NCBI GenBank assembly: GCA_963748815.1
Contig: CAVVKJ010000010.1
Location: forward strand, 352,001-416,000
Direction of reading: 5' to 3'
Origin: an uncultured Gemmatimonadales bacterium
GTDB lineage: Bacteria > Gemmatimonadota > Gemmatimonadetes > Gemmatimonadales > GWC2-71-9
Length of the DNA: 64,000 nt
How positions within the stretch are numbered: the first letter of the stretch is position 1; each line of letters begins with the position of its first letter. A program made the position numbers and the translations under genes. Of the stretch, positions 40,103 through 51,876 are shown one piece after another. Below the pieces are notes generated by a model. It had not been told where the DNA came from, made no database searches, and saw only the letters and a program-made list of their open reading frames with translations.

Positions 40103-41064
40103 CCGGCCCCCGCGCGCATCAGGTCGTGGAGGTGGATGACGCCGGCCAGGCGCCCGTCCCCATCGAGGACCGGCATGGCCATGATGCCGTGACGCTCCAT
40201 CCGACCGAGCACTGCGGCCGCCAGTTCGTCGCCGGCCGCCGACTTCGGCGCCCGCGTCATCACGGCGGAGGCGAGCCCCTCGAGAAAGGCCGGGTCCGAC
40301 TGCGCCAGCCGGCTCAGGTCGCCGGCGGTCACCACGCCCAGCACCTTCCCCTGGTCAGCGACGATGGCCAGGCCGCGGTGCCGGGCCAGCGCGACGACGC
40401 ACTCCCGCATGGTCGCGGCCGGCGCCAGGACACCTTCCGGGGGAAGCATGACGTCGCGCGCGCGGAGCAGGAGCCTTCGTCCCAGCGTCCCGCCGGGATG
40501 CAACTCGGCGAAATCCTCCCGCTGGAACCCCTTCACCTCGAGGAGCGCGACGGCCAGGGCGTCGCCGAGGGCGAGCGCCACGCCGGTGCTGGTGGTCGGC
40601 GCCAGGTCGTGGGGGCAGGCTTCCTCGGCCACGCCGGCGTCGAGCACCTCGCGCGCCACCTTCGCGAGCGTCGAGTCGCGGCCGCCGGTCAGGGCGATGA
40701 TCGGCACGTTGAGTCGCTGCAGCGCCGTCATCAGCCCGAACAGTTCCTCCGTTTCGCCGCTCTTGCTGAGCAGGATCGCGATGTCGTCGCGTCCGACGAT
40801 GCCGAGGTCGCCGTGCAGGCTGTCCACCGGGTGGAGATAGGTGGCGGGCGTGCCGGTCGAGGTGAGGGTCGCGGCGATCTTCCTGGCGATGAGCCCCGAC
40901 TTCCCGACGCCCGAGACGATGACGCGCCCCTTCGCGGCGGCGAGCAGCGCCACCGCCCGCGCAAACGCGCCGTCGAGCCGGCTGGCGGCGCCCGCGATTT
41001 CGCGGGCCTCGAGCTCGAGGACCCGGCGGCCGAGCGCGGTCAGCGCCGCGGGATCACGCGTCAC
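40099..41064 (-). CDS. kdsD: Arabinose-5-phosphate isomerase (KpsF/GutQ family)
   Basis: GVGKSG..ARKIAAT..STGTP, HGDLG, SKSGET, EACP..LAPT, HPGG.LG, CBS pair. Confidence 0.95.
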   Translation of the reverse strand: MTRDPAALTALGRRVLELEAREIAGAASRLDGAFARAVALLAAAKGRVIVSGVGKSGLIARKIAATLTSTGTPATYLHPVDSLHGDLGIVGRDDIAILLSKSGETEELFGLMTALQRLNVPIIALTGGRDSTLAKVAREVLDAGVAEEACPHDLAPTTSTGVALALGDALAVALLEVKGFQREDFAELHPGGTLGRRLLLRARDVMLPPEGVLAPAATMRECVVALARHRGLAIVADQGKVLGVVTAGDLSRLAQSDPAFLEGLASAVMTRAPKSAAGDELAAAVLGRMERHGIMAMPVLDGDGRLAGVIHLHDLMRAGAG

Positions 41065-41608
41065 GGCCGTCTCGCGTGGCGAGGTACCGATCGACGGCGG
41101 CCTCGTATTCGTCGCGGGCGCGGAGCATCGCAGTCACGACCTCGCGCACGGCGCCCCGGCCCCCCGCGGCTTCGGTCACGTACGCCGCGATGGCCTTCAT
41201 TTCCGGCACGGCGTTGGCCACCGCGATCGGCAACCCCGCCCGCTGCATGACCGGCACGTCGGCCAGATCGTCGCCGACGAAGGCGACCTCGTCCCACGCG
41301 ATGCCGTGCTTCTCGATGAGGGCGGCGAGGGCGGGCACCTTCCGGGCGCCGGCGTCCTGGATGACATCGTCGATGCGCAGCTCGGCGGCGCGCAGCGCGG
41401 TGGCGTCGGAGACCCGCCCGCTCACGATCGCCACGCGGATGCCGGTCCCCCGCAGCAGCGCGAGGCCGAGGCCGTCCTGGATGTCGAACCGCTTGAGCTC
41501 GATCCGTTCCCCCTGCGACGCGCCGATGTACACGCCGTTGTCGGTGAGGACGCCGTCGACGTCGAGCGCCAGGAGGCGAACCCGGCGCGCCACGCGCGGG
41601 TCAAGCAC
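41054..41608 (-). CDS. kdsC: KDO 8-phosphate phosphatase
   Basis: LDVDGVLTD, F...DG.G, SGR, VGDDL.D, GGRGAVRE. Confidence 0.93.
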   Translation of the reverse strand: MLDPRVARRVRLLALDVDGVLTDNGVYIGASQGERIELKRFDIQDGLGLALLRGTGIRVAIVSGRVSDATALRAAELRIDDVIQDAGARKVPALAALIEKHGIAWDEVAFVGDDLADVPVMQRAGLPIAVANAVPEMKAIAAYVTEAAGGRGAVREVVTAMLRARDEYEAAVDRYLATRDGRDA

Positions 41609-42408
41609 GGGTGCCCTCGCGGGCGCGGGCCCAGAGGTCGAGCGTGCGGCCCATCAACGCATCGAGTTGGTCCAGCGGCCACTGGGTGGCTGCGTCGCTC
41701 GGCGCGTTGGCCGGGTCAGGGTGCGTCTCGAGGAAGAAGCCGTCGGCGCCGCTGACCGCCGCCGCCGCAAGCAGCGGCGGAATGAAGTGCCGGAGGCCGC
41801 CGCTCGCGCCCCCGTCGCCCTGCCCCGGCTGCTGCACCGAGTGGGTGGCGTCGAAGATGACCGGCACCCCGGTGGCCGCGCCATCCGGCGGAAGCTCCGC
41901 ATGTCGACCACGAGATCGCCGTAGCCGAAGAAGGTGCCGCGTTCGGTGACCGCCACCTCGCCGGCGCCGGCCCCCTGCACCTTTTCCACGGCGCCGAGCA
42001 TCCCCTCCGGCTGCATCCACTGGCCCTTCTTGATGTTGACCGGGCGCCCGGTCCGCCCCGCCGCCACGAGCAGGTCGGTCTGCCGGCAGAGGAACGCCGG
42101 GATCTGCAGGACGTCCACCACTTCGGCGGCGGGCGCGGCGTGCGCGGCCTCGTGGATGTCGGTCAGGATCGGCAAGCCGGTCGCGGCGCGCACCCGTTCG
42201 AGCGCGCGCAGTCCCTCCTGCAGCCCGGGGCCGCGCTGGCCGCCCCTGCGCGAGCGGTTGGCCTTGTCGAAGCTCGCCTTGAAGCAGACCGGCAGGGCGT
42301 GCCGCGCGGACAGCGCGGCCAGGGCCTCCCCCACGCGGAGCATGAGGTCGTCGTCCTCGACCATGCAGGGCCCCGCGATCAGGAACGGGGCCCGGCCGAA
42401 GGTCCAGG

Positions 42409-42412
<4 letters not shown>
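41601..42412 (-). CDS. kdsA: KDO 8-phosphate synthase, with a frameshift near 41879
   Basis: [37 protein letters not shown]; then [19 protein letters not shown] in the second frame. Confidence 0.93.
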
Positions 42413-44081
<1,669 letters not shown>

Positions 44082-44085
44082 GGTG

Positions 44086-44829
44086 TCACCTCAGCAATGC
44101 GTGCCAGTGGGCCTCGGCCCGTTTCAGGTCTTCGGGCGTGTCGACGCCGGGCAACGCCGAAGCGCTGAGGCGGGTCACGCCGATGGTCATGCCGTTCTGC
44201 AGGGCGCGCAGCTGCTCGAGCCGCTCCGCCAGTTCCGCCGGCGTGGGGGGAAGCGACACCCACCGCGTCAGGGAGGTCCGCGTATAGGCGTAGATGCCGA
44301 GGTGCTGCCAGTAAAGTCCCTCGGAGGGGTCGTCGGCTTCCCGGCGATGGGGAATGACGGAGCGCGAGAAGTAGAGCGCGCGCCCGTTGAGGTCGGTCAC
44401 GACCTTCACCCGGGCGGGGTCCTTGACCAGGTCGAGCTCGAGCGGCGCGGCGGCGGTGCCGACCTCGTCCCCCTGCGCCACCCGCGCCAGCGAACCCTCC
44501 AGGGCCTCGCGATCGAGGAACGGTTCATCGCCCTGGATGTTCACGATCACGTCGAAGTCCCGGTACTCTGGGCGGGAGGCCACTTCGGCGACGCGCTCCG
44601 TGCCGGTCGAGTGGCTGTCGTCGGTGAGCACGGCGTGGACGCCGGTCCGCTCGACCACCTGCGCCACCATCGGCGAATCGGTGGCCACGACCAGGCGGTC
44701 GACCAGGTCGTACGCGGCCACGCGCTCGACGACCCGGGTGACGAGAGGCTCGCCGGCCAGGAGCTGAAGCGGCTTGTTGAGGAGGCGGGTGGACCCGAGG
44801 CGGGCCGGGATGACACCGAGGACGCGCAT
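44086..44829 (-). CDS. kdsB: CMP-KDO synthetase
   Basis: [57 protein letters not shown]. Confidence 0.96.
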   Translation of the reverse strand: MRVLGVIPARLGSTRLLNKPLQLLAGEPLVTRVVERVAAYDLVDRLVVATDSPMVAQVVERTGVHAVLTDDSHSTGTERVAEVASRPEYRDFDVIVNIQGDEPFLDREALEGSLARVAQGDEVGTAAAPLELDLVKDPARVKVVTDLNGRALYFSRSVIPHRREADDPSEGLYWQHLGIYAYTRTSLTRWVSLPPTPAELAERLEQLRALQNGMTIGVTRLSASALPGVDTPEDLKRAEAHWHALLR

Positions 44830-44834
44830 CCCAA

Positions 44835-44863
44835 AATCTAATAGGGAGCGGCTCCCGCGTCAA
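44835..44863 (-). promoter_or_regulatory. sigma70 promoter of the kdsB operon, leaderless
   Basis: Minus strand TTGACG-17 nt-TAGATT, then 5 nt to ATG 44829; no SD. Confidence 0.6.
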
Positions 44864-44932
44864 AAGTCGTGCCGGGAATCATCTGGGGGCTTGACAAACT
44901 GCTAGAAGGTTGTGTCACAAGGGCTTAGGCTG

Positions 44933-45943
44933 CTACTTCAGCAGCCCGACGAGCAAAATCGCCCCCAGAATGACGGCCCCGAGGATGATCGTCAGCCTGG
45001 TCGCGTGAGGAAGCCTGCTCCACCACGACCCCGGTTTCGCCGGCACCGCGCCGCCGAAGCCCGGGAGACTTGGCGTGCCCATGGCCTCGATGGCCTCGAG
45101 GATCTCCTCCGCGCGCTGGTATCGGAGGTTGGGGTCCTTGATAAGGCACTTCATCACCATCGCCTCGAGCATGGGCGGGACGTCGAGCCGCCTGGTCCGC
45201 AGCAGGGCCGGTTCGACCGAGACCTGGGCGGCCAGCATCCCCTGCGGAGTGGGGGCGTTGAAGGGGACGTCCCCCGTGAGCATCTCGTAGGCGACGATGC
45301 CCAGGGCGTAGATGTCGGCCCGGTGGTCGATCTTCGGGTCGCCCGCCGCCTGCTCCGGGGCCATGTACGCCGGGGTGCCGATGGTGAATCCGGCGGTCGA
45401 GCGCCCGGCGAGCACCGAGTCGGTGGCCTCGCTCAGCGCCTTGGCCACGCCGAAGTCGCTGACGAGGGCGTGGCCCTCCTCGATCAGGACGTTTTCCGGC
45501 TTGATGTCGCGGTGGATGACGCCGGCCTTGTGGGCGCGGGCCAGGGCGTCGGCCACCTCCCGGATCAGGCGAACCGCCTCGGGGATCGGGAGGGCGCCCT
45601 CCTTCTCGATCCGCTCACGGAGCGTGTCTCCGGACACGTACGGCATCACGTAATAGAGAATTCCGCCCTCCTGCCCCGAATCGATCAGGCCGAGGATGTG
45701 CGGGTGGTGCAACTGCGCGGCGATGTGGATTTCCCGGAGGAACCGTTCCGCGCCGATCGCCGTGGCGACGTCCGGCTTGAGGACCTTGATCGCCACCCAG
45801 CGGTCGTGCCGAGGGTCCTCGGCCAGGAAGACGGTGGCCATCCCCCCCTGCCCGATGAGCGCTGGCTTGCCGTCCACCCGCATCTCGAGGCGGTAGCGGT
45901 CGCCGAGGATGGCGTTGAGCCGGTCCGGCAGGTCGGCCTTCAC
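44933..45943 (-). CDS. Hanks-type Ser/Thr protein kinase ending in one TM helix
   Basis: GQGGMATV, VAIKVL, HRDIKPEN, DFG, GTPAYMAPEQ, DIYALG; C-terminal LTIILGAVILGAILLVGLLK. Confidence 0.93.
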   Translation of the reverse strand: MKADLPDRLNAILGDRYRLEMRVDGKPALIGQGGMATVFLAEDPRHDRWVAIKVLKPDVATAIGAERFLREIHIAAQLHHPHILGLIDSGQEGGILYYVMPYVSGDTLRERIEKEGALPIPEAVRLIREVADALARAHKAGVIHRDIKPENVLIEEGHALVSDFGVAKALSEATDSVLAGRSTAGFTIGTPAYMAPEQAAGDPKIDHRADIYALGIVAYEMLTGDVPFNAPTPQGMLAAQVSVEPALLRTRRLDVPPMLEAMVMKCLIKDPNLRYQRAEEILEAIEAMGTPSLPGFGGAVPAKPGSWWSRLPHATRLTIILGAVILGAILLVGLLK

Positions 45944-47415
45944 TCGCCGGTCCCCCCGGTCGACGCCAGCGCCCGCTCGGCCGCCGCCATCCCGTCCACC
46001 GACAGCAGGCGATTCGGCTGCAGCGCCAGCGATCGCTGAAACGCGTCCTTCGCCTCACGCGGGCGGCTCATCGCGAGGAGCAGCTCGCCACGGAGCTCCC
46101 ACGTCGGCTTCACGATCGTCGGCGGCCCAAACTCGACCGGCAATCCGTCCTCGATGCGGTTCGCCTCGGCGATGAGCAGGAGTGCCTCGTCCCGGTGCCC
46201 GGCGTGGAACGCGACCGCGGCGTCGAGCGCCTTGGCGAGGGCATCGACCGAGCCAGGCATGGTGTCGTCGGGACGGGTTGCCGCTCGCGCCTGCAGCGCC
46301 GGGAACCGTGCCTGCTGGGCGGCCGCGAGACCGGCCTCGCCGCGCTGCAGCGCCGCATACCCCTGCGCAAAGGCGTCGGCCGCCTCCGACCCCGTGCTGG
46401 TGCCGGACGTCTCGAGCACGCTGTAGAGGGAGGGCGCGCGCCACTGGCGGCCGTTGATGATCTGCGCCGCCCGCATGCCGAGCGCGTAGCTGGCGCGGCC
46501 GCCGGTGAGCGGCGTCCCGGCGTGCGCCAGCGTGCGCCGAAGAAGCGAGTCGGCCTCGGCCGTGCGGCCAAGCTGCAGCAGGCCGTACTGCAGCCACTGG
46601 GTGTAGTGCCCCGGCGTCCACTTCGAGGTGTCGGGCCCGGCGGCGATGATGTTCTGGCTCACGACGTCGTCCCACATGCCCAGCGCGAGGAAGATGTGGG
46701 TCGTCATGTGCTGGGCGTGCGGCGCGCCTGGCGCGATTTGCGAGTAGGCGCGCGCAGCCGGCAGCCCGAGGATGGCGTGGTCGGGGTCGTCGAAGGAGTG
46801 GATGGTGTAGTGCGCCGCACCGGGATGGTCGGGATACTGCTGCAGCAGGGCCAGGGAAATGGCCCCGGCCCGCATGTAAGTCGGGATGACCCGCTCCCCC
46901 TGGCTCAGCCCCAGCAGCGAGAGCGCATAGAACGCCTGCGCCTCGGCGTCGGTCGGATAGGCGGCGGCCAGCGATCCCATCGCATCGGCGTAGAGGGTGT
47001 CCCGCCCGTTCTTCGATCCGGTTTCGCCGTACAACACCTCCACCGCGTGCAGATACATCCGTTCCCGCTCGGTCGGCGCGCGCGCCGCCCGGGCCTCGGC
47101 GGTCGGCGCAAGCCGGGCCAGGACGGCCTGCGCGGCCGGACGGTCCTGCTGGTTCCAGACCGGGTGGTTCAGCGTCATCGCCTCGCCCCAGTACGCCATG
47201 GCGAAAGCGGGCTCGAGCCGCTGCGCCTCCTGGAAGGCCCTGGCGGCGGCGGCATACTCGAAGCTGTGGAGGTAGAGGACGCCGCGGACGAATGCGGCCT
47301 GGGCGGTCGGCTGGCCCGAGGTCGGGAAGTCGATCGTGCCGAGTCGTTGTTCCTGGGCCGCGGCGGGACTGGGAGCCGTCAGGAGCAGGGCCAGCAGTGT
47401 CAAAGCTCGAGGCAA
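45940..47415 (-). CDS. Exported TPR-repeat protein
   Basis: Signal peptide (TTG start); F.RG..YLHSFEY..A, AMAYWG.AM, PDHPGA.HY.IH, HAQHM..HIF..LG.W motifs. Confidence 0.8.
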   Translation of the reverse strand: MPRALTLLALLLTAPSPAAAQEQRLGTIDFPTSGQPTAQAAFVRGVLYLHSFEYAAAARAFQEAQRLEPAFAMAYWGEAMTLNHPVWNQQDRPAAQAVLARLAPTAEARAARAPTERERMYLHAVEVLYGETGSKNGRDTLYADAMGSLAAAYPTDAEAQAFYALSLLGLSQGERVIPTYMRAGAISLALLQQYPDHPGAAHYTIHSFDDPDHAILGLPAARAYSQIAPGAPHAQHMTTHIFLALGMWDDVVSQNIIAAGPDTSKWTPGHYTQWLQYGLLQLGRTAEADSLLRRTLAHAGTPLTGGRASYALGMRAAQIINGRQWRAPSLYSVLETSGTSTGSEAADAFAQGYAALQRGEAGLAAAQQARFPALQARAATRPDDTMPGSVDALAKALDAAVAFHAGHRDEALLLIAEANRIEDGLPVEFGPPTIVKPTWELRGELLLAMSRPREAKDAFQRSLALQPNRLLSVDGMAAAERALASTGGTGE

Positions 47416-47502
47416 TGCATCGCTCCATCAGGGACAGAAGTCAGCCCACAAGACGGAGGAATGTCCCCGTGGACGCCGCCCACCGCAAGGGCGTGGGGGC
47501 GG

Positions 47503-49101
47503 TCAGTCGAGGGCGACCTGCCGGACGGCCGTTACCTCGGGTAGGGCGCGGAGCTGTTTCACGACGGCAGGGCTCAATCGGGCGTCGACACCGATGGCCG
47601 CGAGGGCCTCTCCCCCCGCCTCGAGCCGGGCTACGTGATACTGGCCGATATTGATCGTCGCGGCGGCCAGCGCGGACCCGACCCGGCCGATGACGCCCGG
47701 GACGTCCCGGTTGCGGAGCAGGATGAGGTCGCCCCGGGGGTGAATGTCGACGTGGTAGTCGCCGATGCGGACGACACGCGGGTGGGCGCCCTCGAGCACC
47801 GCCCCTCCCACGCGAAGGGTCTCCCCGTCGCCGGTCAGGCGCACCTCGAGGTATTCCGCATAGTCGTCGCGCGGACTGAGCCGGGTGCGCTCGACGGCAA
47901 TCCCCCGCCCCGTGGCGAGGTGCATCGCGTTCACGACGTTCACCGCGCCGTGTCCCAGGACCTCCGACAGCACGCCGATGAGCGCCGCCGCCGCGATCGG
48001 CCCCAGTCCGTCCTCCTCACGCCCCGCGTACCGGACCTGCACCGTCTTCAGCGGCGCCGCGGTGAGGGTCGCGCCGATCCGGCCCAGCCGCTCGGCCAGG
48101 TCGAGCAGCGGCCGGAGCCGGCGCATCCGATCCCCGCCCACGCCCGGGGCGTTCACCGCCCGGCTGAGGTCGCCGTCGAGGAGCGCGGCGCGCACGGCCG
48201 CGGAAATCTCAAGCGCGACGTTCTGCTGCGCCTCCTCGGTCGAGGCGCCGAGGTGGGGCGTGAGGACGGCGTTGTCGAGCGACCGGAAGGGGTGGTCCGC
48301 GGGCAGCGGTTCGACGGTGTAGACATCGAGGCCCGCGCCGGCGATCGCCCCGGTGCCGAGGGCATCGGCGAGCGCCCCCTCGTCGATGATCTCTCCGCGG
48401 GCGACGTTCAGGACGATGGCGCTCGACTTGAGCTTCAGCAGCTCGGCCGCGCCGATCAACCCGGCCGTGGCATCGGTCAACGGGACATGGACGGACAGGA
48501 CGTCCGCCTGCCGCAGCACCTCGTCCAGCGTGCCGAGATCGGCGCCGAGGGACTTGGCGCGGTCGGGCTGCAGGAAGGGATCGTAGATCAGCACGCGCAT
48601 CCCGAAGGCCCGGGATCGGGTGGCGACCTCGCCGCCGATCCGACCGGCGCCGACCAGCCCGAGGGTCTTGCCGTAGAGCTCGCCGCCGCCGAGCTTGGCG
48701 CGGTCCCACGCCCCCGCCTTCATCGACCGATCGGCCGCGGCGACCCGTCGCACGACGGCCAGCATCAGCGCCATCGTCAGCTCCGCCGCCGAGATGGTGT
48801 TGCCGGCCGGGGCGTTCAGCACGGCGATGCCCTTCTCGGTCGCCGCGTCGACGTCGATCGTGTCGACGCCCACGCCGGCGCGGCCGATCACCTTGAGGCG
48901 GGTGGTCGCTTCCAGGGCCGCCCGCGGCACCTTGGCCGCGCTCCGGACGATGACGGCGTCCACCTCGGTGAGCGCCTGCGTGAGGTCGGCGAGGCTCAGC
49001 CCCGGCTTGGTGATCAGTTCGAACCGCGGGTCCTCGCGCAGCGGGGCGAGGCCGTCGGCGGCGATCTTGTCGGCGATGAGGACGCGGAAGGTGGCGGTCA
49101 T
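47503..49101 (-). CDS. serA: D-3-phosphoglycerate dehydrogenase (with ASB and ACT domains)
   Basis: IGRAGVGVD, NAPAGNTISAAE, GAGRIG, HVPLT, NVARG, TPHLGAST.EAQ, N.DVPGVIG. Confidence 0.95.
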   Translation of the reverse strand: MTATFRVLIADKIAADGLAPLREDPRFELITKPGLSLADLTQALTEVDAVIVRSAAKVPRAALEATTRLKVIGRAGVGVDTIDVDAATEKGIAVLNAPAGNTISAAELTMALMLAVVRRVAAADRSMKAGAWDRAKLGGGELYGKTLGLVGAGRIGGEVATRSRAFGMRVLIYDPFLQPDRAKSLGADLGTLDEVLRQADVLSVHVPLTDATAGLIGAAELLKLKSSAIVLNVARGEIIDEGALADALGTGAIAGAGLDVYTVEPLPADHPFRSLDNAVLTPHLGASTEEAQQNVALEISAAVRAALLDGDLSRAVNAPGVGGDRMRRLRPLLDLAERLGRIGATLTAAPLKTVQVRYAGREEDGLGPIAAAALIGVLSEVLGHGAVNVVNAMHLATGRGIAVERTRLSPRDDYAEYLEVRLTGDGETLRVGGAVLEGAHPRVVRIGDYHVDIHPRGDLILLRNRDVPGVIGRVGSALAAATINIGQYHVARLEAGGEALAAIGVDARLSPAVVKQLRALPEVTAVRQVALD

Positions 49102-50187
49102 GCGGCGAGCACCTCCTCGAGCGCCGTCAGCACCCGCTCCAGTTCCGGGAGGGTGTGCTCTCCCATGTGGCCGATGCGGATGGTGGAGTCCTTGAGCTTG
49201 CCGTAACCGGCGGAGATGGTGATCCCCTTCGCCTTCATCGCCGCGTTGACCTCGCCACCCAGCTTGCCCGGGGGCACGCGTCAGGCAGGTCACCGTCCAC
49301 GACCGGTACCCCTCCGGAGCCAGCACGCGCACGGGTACACCGCGCGCCGTCATCGCGTCGGCCCAGGCCCAGGTGCGCCTGGCCATCGCTTCGTGCCGCG
49401 CCCAGCGGGCCGGCATCGTTTCCGCCTCCATGCGCTCGAGCTGTTGCGCCAGCGCGTAGAGCAGCGAGAGCGCCGGCGTGTTGGGCGTCTGGTTCTTCAG
49501 GGTGAACTTCTCGAATTCGAGGAAGTCGAAGTAGATCCCCCGGCTGCGCTGCGCGGCGGCCCGCTCGAGGATGTTGGGCTGCGCCACGCCGAAGGCGAGC
49601 CCGGGCGGAAGCGCAAACGCCTTCTGCGAGCCGGTCAGCACGAAGTCGAGATTCCAGGCGTCGCTCTCGACGGGCACACCCGCCACGCCGCTGACGCTGT
49701 CCACCAGCAGCACGACGTCGCCCGCGGCGTGCGCCGCCTTGGCGAGTTCGGCGACGGGATTGAGCGCGCCGGTCGAGGTCTCGGAGTGCACGACCGTCAC
49801 GGCGTCGTAGTTGCCGCCCTTGAGCGCCTCGAGGAGACGCGCCGGGGTGTGGACGTCGCCCCACTCCACGGCGAGCGCGTCCGCTTCGAGCCCGCAGGCC
49901 AGCGCAATCTTGTGGAACCGGTCGCTGAAGGCGCCGTTGACCAGCGACAGCACGCGCTTCCGCGCGCCGTTTCGGAGCGCCCCCTCCATCAGGCCGGTGG
50001 CGGAGGAGGAGGAGATGTAGACCGGGCGCGCGGTGCGGAACACCCGCTGCAGCGCCGGCTGGATGCGGGCGAGGAGCTCTTCCATCCCCTTGCCACGGTG
50101 TCCGATCATCGGGCGGGTCTGGGCGGCGAGAACGTCCTCGGTCACTTCGGTGGGGCCTGGAAGGAAGAAGCTGCCGAACGGTGCCAT
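49098..50187 (-). CDS. Class V PLP aminotransferase (AGAT/SerC-like), with a 1-nt frameshift near 49278
   Basis: PGPT, GHR, HSETSTG, VDSVS, GSQKAFALPPG, PNTP; the shifted frame gives GYGKLKDSTIRIGHMG...VLAA* overlapping the serA ATG. Confidence 0.88.
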
Positions 50188-50253
50188 GTTGGGGCTCGCA
50201 GGTGGGGGCGGAAAAAGTCGACGGCGTAAGATAGGCGGCGCGAAGCTAAAGAA

Positions 50254-50916
50254 TCAGCCCGGGTCCGTGTGAAGAACCTCGGCGAGGACCGGGAGGAGCG
50301 ACGGGGACCGGATGACGGCGTCGGCGGCCCCGGTCACGGCCGTTCGGTCCACGACCCCGGCATACGCCACGAACCGGTCGACGGCCGGGCGGGCCTCGAG
50401 GTCGGTGATGCCGTCGCCGACCATGAGAATCGGCCCGGGGAGCGCGCTCCGCCACGCCTCCACGACGGTGCGCTTTCCGCCGGAGCGGCTGAGGGGCGAC
50501 GCCTCGTCGTAGCCGGCATAGCTCCCATCGGCGTGGAAATGGAGATCGACGGCGGCAACATGATCCGCGGCGAGCCCGAGCCATTCGGCAAAGGGAGCGA
50601 TGGCCGGCCGGAGCCCGCCGGAGAGGATCCGCACCTCGACGCCGTGGGCGCGGAGCTGCTGCACCGTCTCCCTCGCGTCCGGGACCGCCGCGGCGATGTA
50701 CTGCGCCGCCAGGGCGTCGACGGCGGCCCGGGTCGGGCGGATCAGCGCGAGTCGCTGGCCGTAGACCGCCTCCAGGGAGACCTCGCCCCGCATGGCGGCG
50801 TCCGTGAGCGCGGCGATGGCCTCGCGGTGGCCGGCGGCGAGTTCGTCGATGCCCTCGATGGCGGAGAGGGTGGAGTCGCAATCGAAGATGACGGTCCGGA
50901 ACCGGGGTGTGGCCAT
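50254..50916 (-). CDS. serB: HAD-IB phosphoserine phosphatase
   Basis: FDCDSTL..IEGIDELA, T..AM.G, SGG, GK, VGDGITD; clustered with serA. Confidence 0.85.
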   Translation of the reverse strand: MATPRFRTVIFDCDSTLSAIEGIDELAAGHREAIAALTDAAMRGEVSLEAVYGQRLALIRPTRAAVDALAAQYIAAAVPDARETVQQLRAHGVEVRILSGGLRPAIAPFAEWLGLAADHVAAVDLHFHADGSYAGYDEASPLSRSGGKRTVVEAWRSALPGPILMVGDGITDLEARPAVDRFVAYAGVVDRTAVTGAADAVIRSPSLLPVLAEVLHTDPG

Positions 50917-50922
50917 CCGGCG

Positions 50923-51840
50923 CTAGTTCCGACGCAGCGCGACGTCGTCGCTGCGGACGTTGCGGCCGATGACCAGGACCAGGAGGCGCGGCTCAAAGCC
51001 GGGGGCGCTCACCCGGACGTACTGGGTACGGCACTGGTCGAGGAGGGATGCGTCAAAGGTCAGGACGTATTCCCCGTTCTGGTCGGTGAAGGTGGTGAAC
51101 GAGGTGCCGATGATCTGGAGGTGGGCGTTCGGCATCGGTGCCCCGCCCTGCACCATGAGCACGCGGCCGCTCGCCGATCCCATCCGCGGCTCCCCCGGCT
51201 TGGTCGAATCGGGCATGACCGTCGGGCACTCCTCGGCGCCCGTGTCCGGCATCGACTGTTTCCAGGGGCGCGGATCGCGCGGGGCCATCCCCAGGCGTGG
51301 GCCCAGCTGGATGCCCCCGGGGGTGCCGGAGGAGGCCGGGGCCGAGGTCGGTGCCGGCTCGGCGGGTGAGGGGGCTGACGGCCCCGGGTTCAGGGCCAGC
51401 GGCATGGGCCGCGGCGGCGCGATCTTCGGCTGATTCGCCTCGGCGCCGTCGCCCAACCTGGTGGCGTCGCCGCCCGGATCCGCCACCGGCGAACGAATGG
51501 CACGGATCGGATCGGCTTGCGGATCGGGATTCTTTTCCTCGCCGCCGGATCTCGGAGCTGGAAGTGGTGGCGGCTTTGGCGGCCGGCGCCGCCTCAGGGG
51601 GGCGCGCGGCGGGAGGCAGGTACACCATGCGTACCTGTCGCTTCTGGAGCTCCTCCCGGGCGGCCTGAATCTCTTCGGGGGTGGCAGTGTTGTCGGGGTG
51701 GTGGCGGAACTCGGTCGTCGCTGGATCCACATCCCTCCCAGGATGAGGACGGCGTAGATGGCCAGCGAGATTGCCATGCCTTGCCAGCGCGGCTCGGGTC
51801 GTAGCGGTGGCGTGAGCGAGAACGCCCTGTTGGCAGGCAT
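50923..51840 (-). CDS. Membrane-anchored Pro-rich protein with C-terminal carboxypeptidase-regulatory-like domain
   Basis: One N-terminal TM helix, Pro-rich linker, SGRV...G.P..NA...IGT....TDQNGEY.L; possible internal compensating indels. Confidence 0.65.
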   Translation of the reverse strand: MPANRAFSLTPPLRPEPRWQGMAISLAIYAVLILGGMWIQRRPSSATTPTTLPPPKRFRPPGRSSRSDRYAWCTCLPPRAPLRRRRPPKPPPLPAPRSGGEEKNPDPQADPIRAIRSPVADPGGDATRLGDGAEANQPKIAPPRPMPLALNPGPSAPSPAEPAPTSAPASSGTPGGIQLGPRLGMAPRDPRPWKQSMPDTGAEECPTVMPDSTKPGEPRMGSASGRVLMVQGGAPMPNAHLQIIGTSFTTFTDQNGEYVLTFDASLLDQCRTQYVRVSAPGFEPRLLVLVIGRNVRSDDVALRRN

Positions 51841-51876
51841 CAAAGAAATATAACCCCATATGCGACAGCATGTTGC

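Noticed and set aside
44891..44920. Plus-strand TTGACA and TTGTG-T-CACAA palindrome as an antisense promoter or Rex site
   Set aside because: No -10 at the proper spacing, and the palindrome spacing does not fit the Rex or CRP consensus.
47503..50187. 894-aa aminotransferase-SerA fusion in the ORF track
   Set aside because: A 1-nt shift near 49278 restores a normal aminotransferase C-terminus ending at 49098 with an ATGA overlap onto serA, so the fusion is an artefact.
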